DNA of 30,647 nucleotides from Bdellovibrionota bacterium (lineage in GTDB: Bacteria > Bdellovibrionota_C > UBA2361 > JBGSMV01), in contig JBGSMV010000013.1 of assembly GCA_041739995.1 (NCBI GenBank), positions 1 through 30,647 of the forward strand. The letters are read 5' to 3'. A program made the position numbers and the translations under genes. Under the pieces are notes generated by a model that was given only the letters and a program-made list of their open reading frames with translations, did not search any database and was not told where the DNA came from. The stretch's first letter is position 1; every line of letters starts with the position of its first letter. Positions 1-9,441 of this stretch are shown piece by piece.

Positions 1-351
1 TATGAGCACCTGTCTCAGAGGGAGTATGCGCTTCTTATGGGGCAGAAGCTCGAATCTAGGCGCCAGGAAGTGGTTAAGGAGCGCTATGCCAAGGGCCTTG
101 GATTTGCGGGCAAGGAAGCACTTCTAAAAACCAGAAGAGGCGTAGTGCCTCGGAGCACGAAGACTAGTACTGCAGAGTCGCATCGTCCTCGGGTTCTGTC
201 TGTCTGCAATCAAAGGCGAGCAGAGTGCCGTCAGTGGTACTTCAACTTGTATTTTCTCTATAAGGACTGCTCTCGGCGCTACCGCCAGGGAGAGCCTAAT
301 GTCGTCTTTCCCTCAGGCACTTATCCGCCAGCGCTGCCGGTGGCAGCTTAA
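1..351 (+). mobile_element. C-terminal part of a probable Y1/REP-associated tyrosine (RAYT-like) transposase, 5' truncated by the window edge
   Basis: The frame is open from base 1 (YEHLSQREYALLMGQK...). It ends in YKDCSRRYRQGEPNVVFPSGTYPP, which resembles the 'Y..A...(F/Y)R.G...V.FP.GT(Y/W)' tail I recall for long Y1/RAYT-like transposases of deltaproteobacteria. The catalytic HUH region lies outside the window. Confidence 0.55.
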
Positions 352-734
352 AATTTCTTTTCGGAATTGAATGCGAGGAAGCGATGGAAGCGTGGTGTGG
401 GAGGGTTGCGCTCACTGAGACAAATTTCATGTTGAACGCATCGCTTGCCCTGCGTCTGCGATGGCTAAGTCCCCCAAGATAATCAACCAGCTGGGCCACA
501 AGCGGTCACCGACAATCTCTGACGGCTGAGTTCCGATATCATTGCGCAAGGTCACTGAGAAAAATGGGGGGGCATATTCATGGGCACTCGCATGGGCGGC
601 AGTCGCCGGAGCCTGGGGTGGACCGAGCTGGTCCTATCGAGCTAATCTGGTGCCAGTATTGATGTGGCGCCACCATCGATACATTCTAAATATCTCTTCT
701 GCATTAGTGTTTGCGCTTACGGACCGCACAAAGA

Positions 735-2657
735 ATGAAAAATCTGACGTCGAGTTTCATTGCCGCCCTTCGCACGAAGGAGGGGGCGATTGCCGCCATG
801 TCACTTCTGGCGACCGGGCTTCACCTTTTTCTGAGATTCGGAATTCAAACCACTGGTTCTGTATTCTTCTTGCCTTCGCATGAGATTCCCCTTTTGCTCG
901 CACTGCTTTGTGGGGCGCCTCTGGTAATCGGTCTCCTAAAAAACGTGACACGCGGAAAGTTTAGCTCCGACCTCCTGGCCGGAATTTCAATTGTAACTTC
1001 AGTAATCCTTGGTGAGTATCTCGTGGGCACCCTCGTCGTGCTCATGTTGTCTGGCGGACAGGCACTCGAAGCTTTTGCGGTGCGACGCGCATCCTTCGCA
1101 CTCGACGCGCTTGCTCGACGCATGCCAGCTTTTGCACATCGTAAAGGAGAAGGGGGTGTCGGCGACATTCCTCTTGCTGACGTGCAAGTCAGCGATATTC
1201 TCGTGGTGTTCCCGCATGAAACCTGCCCGGTCGATGGTGTGGTGATCGAAGGTCAGAGCACCATGAATGAATCCTATTTGACGGGCGAGCCATTTCTGCT
1301 CCCAAAGGCCACTGGGGCTGGCGTGTTATCCGGGGCCATCAATGGCGACGGTGCGCTGACAATTCGAGCGGACAAAACGGCCGTGGATTCGCGTTATGCC
1401 AAGATCATGCAAGTAATGCGTGAATCAGAGCAGCGGCGACCGCAGCTCCGGCGCCTTGGGGATCAAATTGGTGCGATTTACACCCCTTTGGCAATAGTAA
1501 TTGCGATTGCTGCCTGGGCCTTCAGCGGTGAAGTCTCACGATTTCTAGGCGTGCTGGTTGTGGCGACGCCGTGCCCCCTCTTGATAGCGATTCCAGTGGC
1601 GATCATCAGCTCGATATCTTTGGCCGCTCGAAGGGGCATCATCATCAAGGATCCGGCCGTACTGGAAAAAATTGATACGTGTCGTGTCGCCATCTTCGAT
1701 AAGACGGGAACTCTGACTTATGGGCAACCGAAGTTGACAGAAATTATCGCTGACGGCGGATTTACAAAAGAAGAAGTTCTCGGATCGGTGGCGAGCCTCG
1801 AAAAGTATTCGCGTCATCCACTGGCGTCCGCCATGATCGAGGCTGCTAAGGACTTAAATCTTCCTTTGCAGAAGGCGCAAGAAGTGAGCGAGAAGCCGGG
1901 CGAGGGCCTGCGCGGAATTATAGGTGGCCGGAGCATCCAAGTTACTAGCCGGAAGAAGTATGCTGCCCAATTCCCTTCGTCGGTGCAGTTGCTCCCGCCG
2001 CTTGCGGGCGGCTTGGAATGCGTCGTCCTTATTGACGGAAGTTATGCGGCAACTTTTCGATTTCAAGATGAACCGCGCGCTGAAGGCCGGTCTTTTATCC
2101 GGCACTTAAAGCCGAAGCACGGGTTTGACCGCATCCTCCTTGTTTCAGGAGATCGGGAGACGGAGGTGCGTTACCTGGCTGAAAAGGTTGGCATCACTGA
2201 GGTGCATGCGAGCCAGAGTCCGGAACAGAAGCTAGCTTTAGTGCGAGAAGAAACGAAGCGCGCCAACTCTGTATTTATGGGCGATGGGATCAACGATGCT
2301 CCGGCCCTCACTGCCGCTACGGTCGGCATTGCATTCGGGCAGGGGAGTGATGTCACAGCAGAAGCTGCTGGAGTGGTAATCTTGGATAGCTCGTTAGAGC
2401 AAGTAGATGAACTACTGCACATTGGACGGCGCATGCGAACCATCGCCTTGCAAAGTGCCGTTGGCGGAATGGGATTAAGTATCTTTGGTATGTTCCTTGC
2501 GGCAGCTGGCTACCTTCCGCCAGTCGCGGGCGCTATTACGCAGGAAATTATTGATGTCCTTGCAGTGTTGAATGCGCTGCGTGCATCCATGATCCCGCCC
2601 GTTCTTACCGATTTCGAAGATAAGCTCATAGCGAAGTCGACCGAAGTCAGGCGTTGA
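735..2657 (+). CDS. heavy-metal-translocating P1B-type ATPase (P1B-5-like)
   Basis: Motifs: TGE (ESYLTGEP), intramembrane ATPCPL, DKTGTLT, SRHPLA, GDGINDAPAL and QEIID in the last TM. ATG at 735 is preferred over TTG at 711. Confidence 0.95.
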   Translation: MKNLTSSFIAALRTKEGAIAAMSLLATGLHLFLRFGIQTTGSVFFLPSHEIPLLLALLCGAPLVIGLLKNVTRGKFSSDLLAGISIVTSVILGEYLVGTLVVLMLSGGQALEAFAVRRASFALDALARRMPAFAHRKGEGGVGDIPLADVQVSDILVVFPHETCPVDGVVIEGQSTMNESYLTGEPFLLPKATGAGVLSGAINGDGALTIRADKTAVDSRYAKIMQVMRESEQRRPQLRRLGDQIGAIYTPLAIVIAIAAWAFSGEVSRFLGVLVVATPCPLLIAIPVAIISSISLAARRGIIIKDPAVLEKIDTCRVAIFDKTGTLTYGQPKLTEIIADGGFTKEEVLGSVASLEKYSRHPLASAMIEAAKDLNLPLQKAQEVSEKPGEGLRGIIGGRSIQVTSRKKYAAQFPSSVQLLPPLAGGLECVVLIDGSYAATFRFQDEPRAEGRSFIRHLKPKHGFDRILLVSGDRETEVRYLAEKVGITEVHASQSPEQKLALVREETKRANSVFMGDGINDAPALTAATVGIAFGQGSDVTAEAAGVVILDSSLEQVDELLHIGRRMRTIALQSAVGGMGLSIFGMFLAAAGYLPPVAGAITQEIIDVLAVLNALRASMIPPVLTDFEDKLIAKSTEVRR

Positions 2658-2730
2658 TATACAGGATGTTTGATTTTACAGTGTCCTCGATGCGCGGCTG
2701 ATTTCGGCCTGGCATTCAACTAAGGAAGAT

Positions 2731-3129
2731 ATGAAACACCATTCTCTAAAGTGCATTGCTACGATCGTCTTGACTCTCTCGCTGACCGGATGTTTTTCTG
2801 CCGCAAGAATGGCGGCGCATCAGTCTGGGGTAACTCCATCCCAAATTCGTAGATGTACCGACCGAGATTGCTTTCTCGCGTTAGGTCCGGAAGTTGTCGG
2901 GCGCACAGAGTTAGCTGATGGAGGCTATTCTGAGACCTACCGCGCAAAACGGGAGAAGGGCTCAACGCTAAGATCGTTTTTGCAAGGTGTCTTGACGGTC
3001 GGTACTTTGGGAATTTGGAACGTCGTCGGAGTGCCTATGGAAGGCATGATCTCCAGCAATGAATACATTGTTTTTCGTGTAACCTATGACTCTCAAGGCG
3101 GCATGAAAAAGGCGGAGATTCAGGGGTAG
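2731..3129 (+). CDS. hypothetical lipoprotein
   Basis: AAGGA RBS before the ATG. Basic N-terminus, hydrophobic stretch and LTGC lipobox. 132 aa. Confidence 0.8.
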   Translation: MKHHSLKCIATIVLTLSLTGCFSAARMAAHQSGVTPSQIRRCTDRDCFLALGPEVVGRTELADGGYSETYRAKREKGSTLRSFLQGVLTVGTLGIWNVVGVPMEGMISSNEYIVFRVTYDSQGGMKKAEIQG

Positions 3130-3217
3130 CTTCAGCGTCCGATCAAGATGAGGAGTCTGTCTTCTCTCTATGGAGCTGGATTCCTGGTGTTTCAAAACGC
3201 TAGATCTTCAACTTTGC

Positions 3218-3595
3218 TCAATCCGCCTGCGCTGATTCGGCCAATTGGTCGACTTCTGCCTCGATGTCTGCGATCGAATCGCTCTCATTTGCAGGGCGAG
3301 GCTCCGAAGAAGAAGGGGACACTGGAATCTTTCGAGGCGACTCTTGAGCCTTGAGGTCTTGTAGCTCTCTACCAGTTTCCTCCTTTATGCCGGCCTCGGT
3401 GGTGTCCCAAAACTCTTCAGCGACTCCGACGATTCGACCGAGAGCGCGATCTTCCGATTGGTCGATCTCGGCGAGCTGCTGCTCCGGCGGCTCAAGCGCG
3501 GTTTGAGCACTGCACGGAGAGGTTGAGTGCAAAGCTATCGCAAGTGAACCACCAAGAATCGCTTGGGCTAAATTGAACTTTCTAAAACGTATCAT
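3218..3595 (-). CDS. hypothetical secreted acidic protein
   Basis: Signal-peptide-like N-terminus (MIRFRKFNLAQAILGGSLAIALH...CSA-Q) followed by a Glu/Asp-rich helical region. Confidence 0.65.
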   Translation of the reverse strand: MIRFRKFNLAQAILGGSLAIALHSTSPCSAQTALEPPEQQLAEIDQSEDRALGRIVGVAEEFWDTTEAGIKEETGRELQDLKAQESPRKIPVSPSSSEPRPANESDSIADIEAEVDQLAESAQAD

Positions 3596-3893
3596 AACAT
3601 CAACTCAACAAAATCGGTTCGAGAGAACAGCTCGTGCCCTTAATAACATGACGAGGATAGGCAAGGTATTGGTCAGGGGAAAGTAATTCGAAGGCAGTCT
3701 AAGAGAAGGTATCAATTCTCGACTAGATTGGCATCCTCGAAGAATTGAATGTCTGCATGCATCTGAACAGGGGAAGGAGGGCCTCTTGTGATAGATATTT
3801 CATTCCGTTTCAGTTCATGGTCCTATGGCGAAACAGAGCGCTTCGCTAGGCGGAGACTATAGTGATTTCTTAATTCAAAGAGGTCGAATACAT

Positions 3894-4694
3894 TTGAAAA
3901 ATAGACTTAACCATGCCCTCCTTTGTTTTTCCGCGGCGACCGTCATTGCGATGACGGGGTGCTCCTCGCTGAAAGCGCCCGCGGCGCCAACCACACCTTT
4001 TCTTGCATACGGCGATGAGCTTCATCCCTGGTATGAGCATGCGCCCTGGGACGCGGTGTGGTCCTCTCAGCCAGGCCATATTATGGCGCGCTCTGATGTA
4101 CCGAGAAAAATCTTTGTAGCCGTGGTCGATACTACCTATTTGAACAAGACCAAAAACAAAAGAGGGCAGTGGGTGGGTGACGGTGATCTTGACCAGAAGG
4201 ATGTGCAGGAGATTACTCACCTACTGAGGACGTCGTTCATGGAGTCTATAAAGGCAAATCCTTCCACTAATTTAGAGCTTCAAGACAGGCCTGGTCCTGG
4301 AACAATGGTGCTTCGACTATCGTTGATCGAACTTTCCCCGACACGAGTCGGTGTCAACGGCGTGGCGGATGTCGGAGGATTGATTATTCCTGGATCGAAG
4401 CTGGTTGAGGAAGCCGCTGGTCTTGGTGTTCAAGCTGCCGGAGGGGAGATCGCTGCTGGCACAATCGCCATCGAAATGAAAATCACCGATGGATTAAGTG
4501 GCGCTGTTCTTGCCGAAATGAAGGATCGTGAGAACGACCCCGCAAGCGTGCTGCCTAACTATCGCGATTTTGAAGAGTATGGTTGGTCGCGGAAGACTAT
4601 CGCGAATTGGTCTCAACAGTTCGTGCAGGTGTTCAGTACTGTGGCCAGCGAACAGGTGGGCGTTGCTTCTAATGTGTCAATATTGCCGTGGTAG
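3894..4694 (+). CDS. DUF3313-family lipoprotein
   Basis: MTGC lipobox. The PGPGTMVLRLSLIELSPT and IAIEMKITDGLSGAVLAEMKDR segments are typical of DUF3313. The likely start is TTG 3894 after AGAGGT; the ORF track starts at 3825. Confidence 0.75.
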   Translation: MKNRLNHALLCFSAATVIAMTGCSSLKAPAAPTTPFLAYGDELHPWYEHAPWDAVWSSQPGHIMARSDVPRKIFVAVVDTTYLNKTKNKRGQWVGDGDLDQKDVQEITHLLRTSFMESIKANPSTNLELQDRPGPGTMVLRLSLIELSPTRVGVNGVADVGGLIIPGSKLVEEAAGLGVQAAGGEIAAGTIAIEMKITDGLSGAVLAEMKDRENDPASVLPNYRDFEEYGWSRKTIANWSQQFVQVFSTVASEQVGVASNVSILPW

Positions 4695-4732
4695 GGAAGG
4701 TCGAAGCGAGTAACGGACTAGAGAGCTTTGAA

Positions 4733-4978
4733 TCACTCCTTGTTCAATTCGCCCTTCCGGCCAGCGCTGATGTGTTCGAGGTAGAGCTTTTCAAAGCGAG
4801 TTCTCGCCCAAGGAGTTTTGCGCAAGAATTTTAGGCTCGAGCCGATGCTCGGGTCGAATCGGAAACAGTTGACCGGGATTCTGTCGGCGAGTGCCTCCCA
4901 TCCGTAAGCTTCGAACAGTTCGGTCACCATCATTTCGAGGGTCTTTCCCTCAAGAGGGTTTTTAGGGTTACTTGTCAT
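4733..4978 (-). CDS. VF530/DUF2132-family small putative DNA-binding protein
   Basis: [24 protein letters not shown]...[21 protein letters not shown] matches the family signature. Confidence 0.9.
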   Translation of the reverse strand: MTSNPKNPLEGKTLEMMVTELFEAYGWEALADRIPVNCFRFDPSIGSSLKFLRKTPWARTRFEKLYLEHISAGRKGELNKE

Positions 4979-5128
4979 AGGCGTGGGCCTTTTAGGCGTT
5001 TGAGATTCATAGCCCAGCGTCGTTTGGCGTGGGTGTACCCATAGTGCTCAATCAAACTCTTTACATCAATATGCTAGACCGCAGGATTTAGCGCCCGTGG
5101 GCGCGTGTGCGGGTTCTTATGGGAAGTT

Positions 5129-6007
5129 TCACGCGAATAATTCTGGATGAAATATTGCTATCGCAGCCGTGCGCCATACACCAACCTTTGTTCCCTTTGG
5201 AACCTCAGAAAAGCTGTAATCTCCGTTCACATCGGTAGTGGTCGTTCCGTGTGCTGCCGCGTCCACAGATATTCCTGAAATTCCGACTGCGCCGGGGCCA
5301 CGCGCCCGACCGCTAATGGTGAGGAGCTTGGCGCAGGTTAGGTAGTTTTTTGCTATGCAAGTGCCGCACTCATTTGAATTAAATTCTGCCAAGGAGCAGT
5401 TTGGATTTGGGTTATTGTCCAGTATGCGAATTATCAAATCGACGCACAGACCTAAGTTAGCCGGGTCAGAAGTATAAAAACGATCGAGTCCGCGGTCGGC
5501 AAAGCTACTTTCCCAAGTCTCAGTCGAGTAGGTGAGGGCAATTGCGGGATTGCCGCTCCTTATCTCGCTACCGAACTTCTTGCCCATAATGCAGGCGATG
5601 CCCTGAGGGAATCTCTGAGGATCGGGAACACCAAGCGGGTATTGCCGTGCGAAACCGTTGTACAGGTCAGCTGCCTGAAAGGTCTTATGTCCCATTTCGT
5701 GAACAACAGTGAGGAAACCTTCATTTTGCACAATTGACGAGTGATACAGAGGAAATGAGATGTAGCTATCAGTGCTCGCTGCGAATGAGCGATCAAAATG
5801 TGGGTCGTTTGTCACCTCGGGAACATAGATAATGTAAATTAAGAAATCATAAGAAGTGAGATCTATATTATGGGTGGCTACCGCATCCGCAAAAAAGCTT
5901 TTCACCGCTCCGTGGTCGTCTGAGGTAGGAGTGTGGACTTCCTCGACCGGGGGAATAAACGTGAGGTTGAAGCTTGGGTTTTTCTTGAGGCGGGTGTGGC
6001 TGCAAGG
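5129..6007 (-). pseudogene. fragment of a metzincin-like (M6/InhA-like) Zn metallopeptidase with Cys-rich linker and partial carboxypeptidase-regulatory-like domain
   Basis: HEMGH (5687-5701) followed by ADLY and a CIMG Met-turn, then C-rich CxxxxxxxxxCxxCxxxxxxxC, then ISGRARGPGAVGISGISV...TTTTDVNGDYSFSEVPKG. The frame is open up to a TAG at 6008-6010 and has no signal peptide or convincing start. Confidence 0.55.
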
Positions 6008-6266
6008 CTACCCCGTTGGAGTCAAGTACGAGATGTCGGGAGTCTTGCAGAGAAACGAAAGTTTCGGCACGACTCAGTTCCCCAAGGAGCTTTTTCATGT
6101 GAAAAGCGTCGACCAAGCCCAAGCACTGAAAGGTGCCTCAGGCCGAGCGATTCTAAATCACGAGGGAGATCTTGTCGGGGTGATGATTGGAGTTGTGGAA
6201 AGCGATTCTAGTACGAGGTTTTGGATCGTCCGAGAAACCACCAGCATCGTCTTGCCGCGTTTGTAA
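5988..6266 (+). pseudogene. C-terminal fragment of a trypsin-like serine peptidase
   Basis: RVWLQGYP...KGASGRAILNHEGDLVGVMIG resembles the GxSG..(L/I)N..G.LVG catalytic-Ser region of trypsin-like (S1/Trypsin_2) proteases. The His/Asp-bearing N-terminal half is missing. Confidence 0.5.
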
Positions 6267-6669
6267 TCGCCCTCCCTCGGGCGGCCGGGACGAGAGAGTT
6301 CAACAATCTCTCGCTCCCTGCCGCTATTGAGTGCGACCGTGTGGCAACAATGCTACGCGGATACGGATACCCTCGAAGGTGCAATTTGAGTCGCTGTGTC
6401 TTGACGTAGTTTCTCCCATTGCTGGGCTTTAGGCCTCTATGACGCTTTCTCACAGGAAAGTCGCCTATTAAAGCGCTCGAGCGCTTCCTATTAGATCTTC
6501 CTTAGATTGCTCAAATAACGCCGCTCGTCGCTATAGGCGCTGCGCCGCTAAGGAGTTGAGATTTAAGGTAAAGGTACGTTATGGTGCCTTTGTCCAGTGG
6601 CATTCTCTGTCCGGCAGACACCGGTGGGGTGTGGCAAAAAATCCGAATTGTTTTGGGAGACGAAGGATT

Positions 6670-8304
6670 ATGCGATTGAAGAGAGGGATATCAGGCACGG
6701 GCCTAGCAATATTCTCCGCTTTTATCATGCTCGCAAATTTTGGAGGTGTTGCCTCTGCCGCAGATAAGCAGCCCCGCAAACCAAATATTCTAGTGATTTG
6801 GGGGGATGATATTGGCACATGGAACATCAGCCACAACAGCCGCGGCATGATGGGATATAAGACGCCAAACATTGATCGCATAGCTAACGAAGGTGTGAGT
6901 TTCACCGATTATTATGGACAACAGAGCTGCACTGCTGGGCGAGCTGCCTTTATTGGCGGATCGGTCCCGGTGCGTTCTGGGATGACAAAAGTAGGACTAC
7001 CAGGCGCTCCACAGGGTTGGCAGAAGACCGACGTGACGATGGCGACGGTTCTCAAGGGGCAGGGATACGCCACCGGCCAGTTCGGCAAAAACCATGAGGG
7101 CGATCGCAACGAGCATTTGCCAACGATGCACGGGTTCGATGAATTTCTGGGGAATCTCTATCACCTGAATGCAGAGGAAGAGCCCGAAAATCGCGACTAT
7201 CCGCGCGACATGAAGCTTGCTAACGGCAAGACCTTTCTCGAAAACTTTGGTCCTCGCGGAGTTATGCATAGCTGGGCTACCGATGTGGATGACGCGACCG
7301 AAGATCCGCGCTTTGGAAAGGTCGGGAAGCAGAAGATTAAGGATACTGGCCCACTCACCAAAAAGCGGATGGAAACGATTGATGAGGAGACCGTCGCTGC
7401 CGCTAAAGATTTCATTACGCGCCAGGTCAAGGCGGGGAAGCCTTTTTTCTGTTGGTGGAACGGTACTCGCATGCACTTTCGCACGCATGTGAAAGCTGAC
7501 CACGTCGGCATTTCTGGTCAAGATGAGTACAGCGACGGCATGGTCGAGCACGACATGAGGGTAGGAGAATTACTCGCGCTACTCGACGAGCTTGGCATTG
7601 CGGATAACACTGTTGTTCAATATTCGACAGACAATGGACCGCACTACAACACTTGGCCAGACGCGGGAACGACTCCGTTTCGTAGCGAGAAGAACTCGAA
7701 CTGGGAGGGCGCATATCGAGTGCCAGCCTTCGTTCGTTGGCCCGATCACTTCCCTGCAGGAGTGACTCTGAACGGAATTGTGGCACACGAAGATTGGCTG
7801 CCTACCTTTGCGGCGGTAGCAGGAGCTTCTGATATTAAGGAGAAGTTACTTAAGGGGACTTCGATAAATGGGCGACCATATAAGAATTATATCGATGGCT
7901 ATAACCAACTTGACTACTTGAGCGGGAAAGTCGATTCGTCACCTCGAAATGAGTTCTGGTACGTTAATGACGATGGTCAAATCGTGGCTGCTCGATACCA
8001 AGACTGGAAAGTGGTGTTCCTAGAAAATCGAGGTCAAGCCTTTGGTGTTTGGCGGGAACCATTTACTGAGCTGCGCGTGCCTCTACTCTTCAATTTACGC
8101 CGTGATCCTTTTGAGAAGGCACAGCACAACGCGAATACTTATAACGATTGGTTTCTGGACCGGCCGTTTGTGATCGTGCCGATTCAGGGTCTGGCGTCGA
8201 AGTTTCTTATGACGATGAAGGAGTTTCCGCCTAGCCAAAAGCCTGGGTCCTTCAATCTGAGCAAGATTGAGGAGCAGCTTCGAAACGTCGGGGGTGGTAG
8301 GTAG
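6670..8304 (+). CDS. exported Cys-type (formylglycine-dependent) arylsulfatase
   Basis: KPNILVIWGDDIG, SCTAGRAAFIGG (CxAxR), FGKNHEG, STDNG, WEGAYRVP. Sec signal peptide ending ASA. ATG at 6670 follows a GAAGGA RBS. Confidence 0.95.
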   Translation: MRLKRGISGTGLAIFSAFIMLANFGGVASAADKQPRKPNILVIWGDDIGTWNISHNSRGMMGYKTPNIDRIANEGVSFTDYYGQQSCTAGRAAFIGGSVPVRSGMTKVGLPGAPQGWQKTDVTMATVLKGQGYATGQFGKNHEGDRNEHLPTMHGFDEFLGNLYHLNAEEEPENRDYPRDMKLANGKTFLENFGPRGVMHSWATDVDDATEDPRFGKVGKQKIKDTGPLTKKRMETIDEETVAAAKDFITRQVKAGKPFFCWWNGTRMHFRTHVKADHVGISGQDEYSDGMVEHDMRVGELLALLDELGIADNTVVQYSTDNGPHYNTWPDAGTTPFRSEKNSNWEGAYRVPAFVRWPDHFPAGVTLNGIVAHEDWLPTFAAVAGASDIKEKLLKGTSINGRPYKNYIDGYNQLDYLSGKVDSSPRNEFWYVNDDGQIVAARYQDWKVVFLENRGQAFGVWREPFTELRVPLLFNLRRDPFEKAQHNANTYNDWFLDRPFVIVPIQGLASKFLMTMKEFPPSQKPGSFNLSKIEEQLRNVGGGR

Positions 8305-8431
8305 ACTACTCTTGGTTGCACGGCGTAAGTCGTGCAGCCAGTTCGATTCAGAATTGTTCTTCGTCGTACCATCCTCCGGGGACTGGACGGTGGGGAGTTT
8401 TCTCATATTTTTACTTTCGAAATGAGGCGTC

Positions 8432-9436
8432 ATGACGAGAAGCGCGCACATATTTTTTTTCCAGGCTGTGCTCAGCGCATTAGTATTTCCAATTTTGTTC
8501 TGTGCCATGCTTCATGCCCAGGAGGATCCGCTGCCATCTTGGAAGAATCGTGCTGCAAAGCAGGCCATACTTGGGTTTGTCGCGAAGGTGACCAAGGTTG
8601 GATCAAGCGATTTTGTGCCGCCTTCAGGGCGCATCGCCACTTTTGATAATGATGGAACGCTTTGGGCCGAGCAGCCGATGTACGTTCAAGCCTTATTTAC
8701 ATTTGATCGTATCAAAGAGCTTGCGCCACAACATCCTGAATGGCGCGAGACTGAGCCTTACGCTTCTGTGTTGAAAGGGGATCTGAAAGGCGCCCTTAAG
8801 GGTGGTGAGCACTCATTGCTAGAAATGGTGATGGCGACGCACTCCGGAATGACGCCCGACGATTTCGAAAAGATCGTAACGGATTGGATTGAGAGTGCAA
8901 GACACCCCAAGACGAAACGCCTTTACACAGAAATGGTGTATCAACCGATGCTCGAGCTGTTGACTTACTTGCGCGCTAATGGCTTTAAGACCTTTATTGT
9001 TTCGGGCGGCGGCGTTGAGTTTATGCGCCCATGGGCCGAGCGGGTGTATGGAATACCGCGCGAGCAGGTAGTCGGTAGTAGCATCGAGACAAAACTAGAA
9101 TTTCGAGGAGAGCAGCCCGTTCTAGTGAGACTCCCAGAGCTGAACTTCATCGATGATAAGGCAGGTAAGCCGGTCGGAATTCAGCAACACATCGGACTTC
9201 GGCCCATTGCAGCGTTTGGGAACTCAGATGGAGACCTTGAGATGTTGCAATGGACGACCTCTGGTGCCGGTCCGCGCTTCGCCCTTTATGTTCACCACGA
9301 TGACAGTACACGCGAGTGGCAATATGATCGCGAATCGAGCATTGGTAAGTTGGATAAAGGACTAGATGAGGCGGCGAAGAGGGGGTGGTCAGTGGTCAGC
9401 ATGAAGGATGACTGGACCAAGATATTCCCAAATTAG
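8432..9436 (+). CDS. exported HAD-superfamily hydrolase/phosphatase (sulfatase-associated type)
   Basis: Motif I FDNDGTLW, motif II IVSGGG, motif III K (DKAGK), motif IV GNSDGD. Signal peptide and the DPLPSW N-terminus. Confidence 0.92.
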   Translation: MTRSAHIFFFQAVLSALVFPILFCAMLHAQEDPLPSWKNRAAKQAILGFVAKVTKVGSSDFVPPSGRIATFDNDGTLWAEQPMYVQALFTFDRIKELAPQHPEWRETEPYASVLKGDLKGALKGGEHSLLEMVMATHSGMTPDDFEKIVTDWIESARHPKTKRLYTEMVYQPMLELLTYLRANGFKTFIVSGGGVEFMRPWAERVYGIPREQVVGSSIETKLEFRGEQPVLVRLPELNFIDDKAGKPVGIQQHIGLRPIAAFGNSDGDLEMLQWTTSGAGPRFALYVHHDDSTREWQYDRESSIGKLDKGLDEAAKRGWSVVSMKDDWTKIFPN

Positions 9437-9441
9437 ATTTA

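Noticed and set aside
542..883. 113-aa ORF overlapping the ATPase start
   Set aside because: Out-of-frame overlap with a well-supported gene, TTG start and no motifs.
5856..5987. N-terminal part of the 136-aa plus-strand ORF as real coding sequence
   Set aside because: It is the antisense of the metallopeptidase fragment. Only the part from about 5988 looks trypsin-like.
6556..6669. Extended N-terminus of the sulfatase given by the ORF track
   Set aside because: ATG 6670 has an RBS and gives a normal signal peptide.
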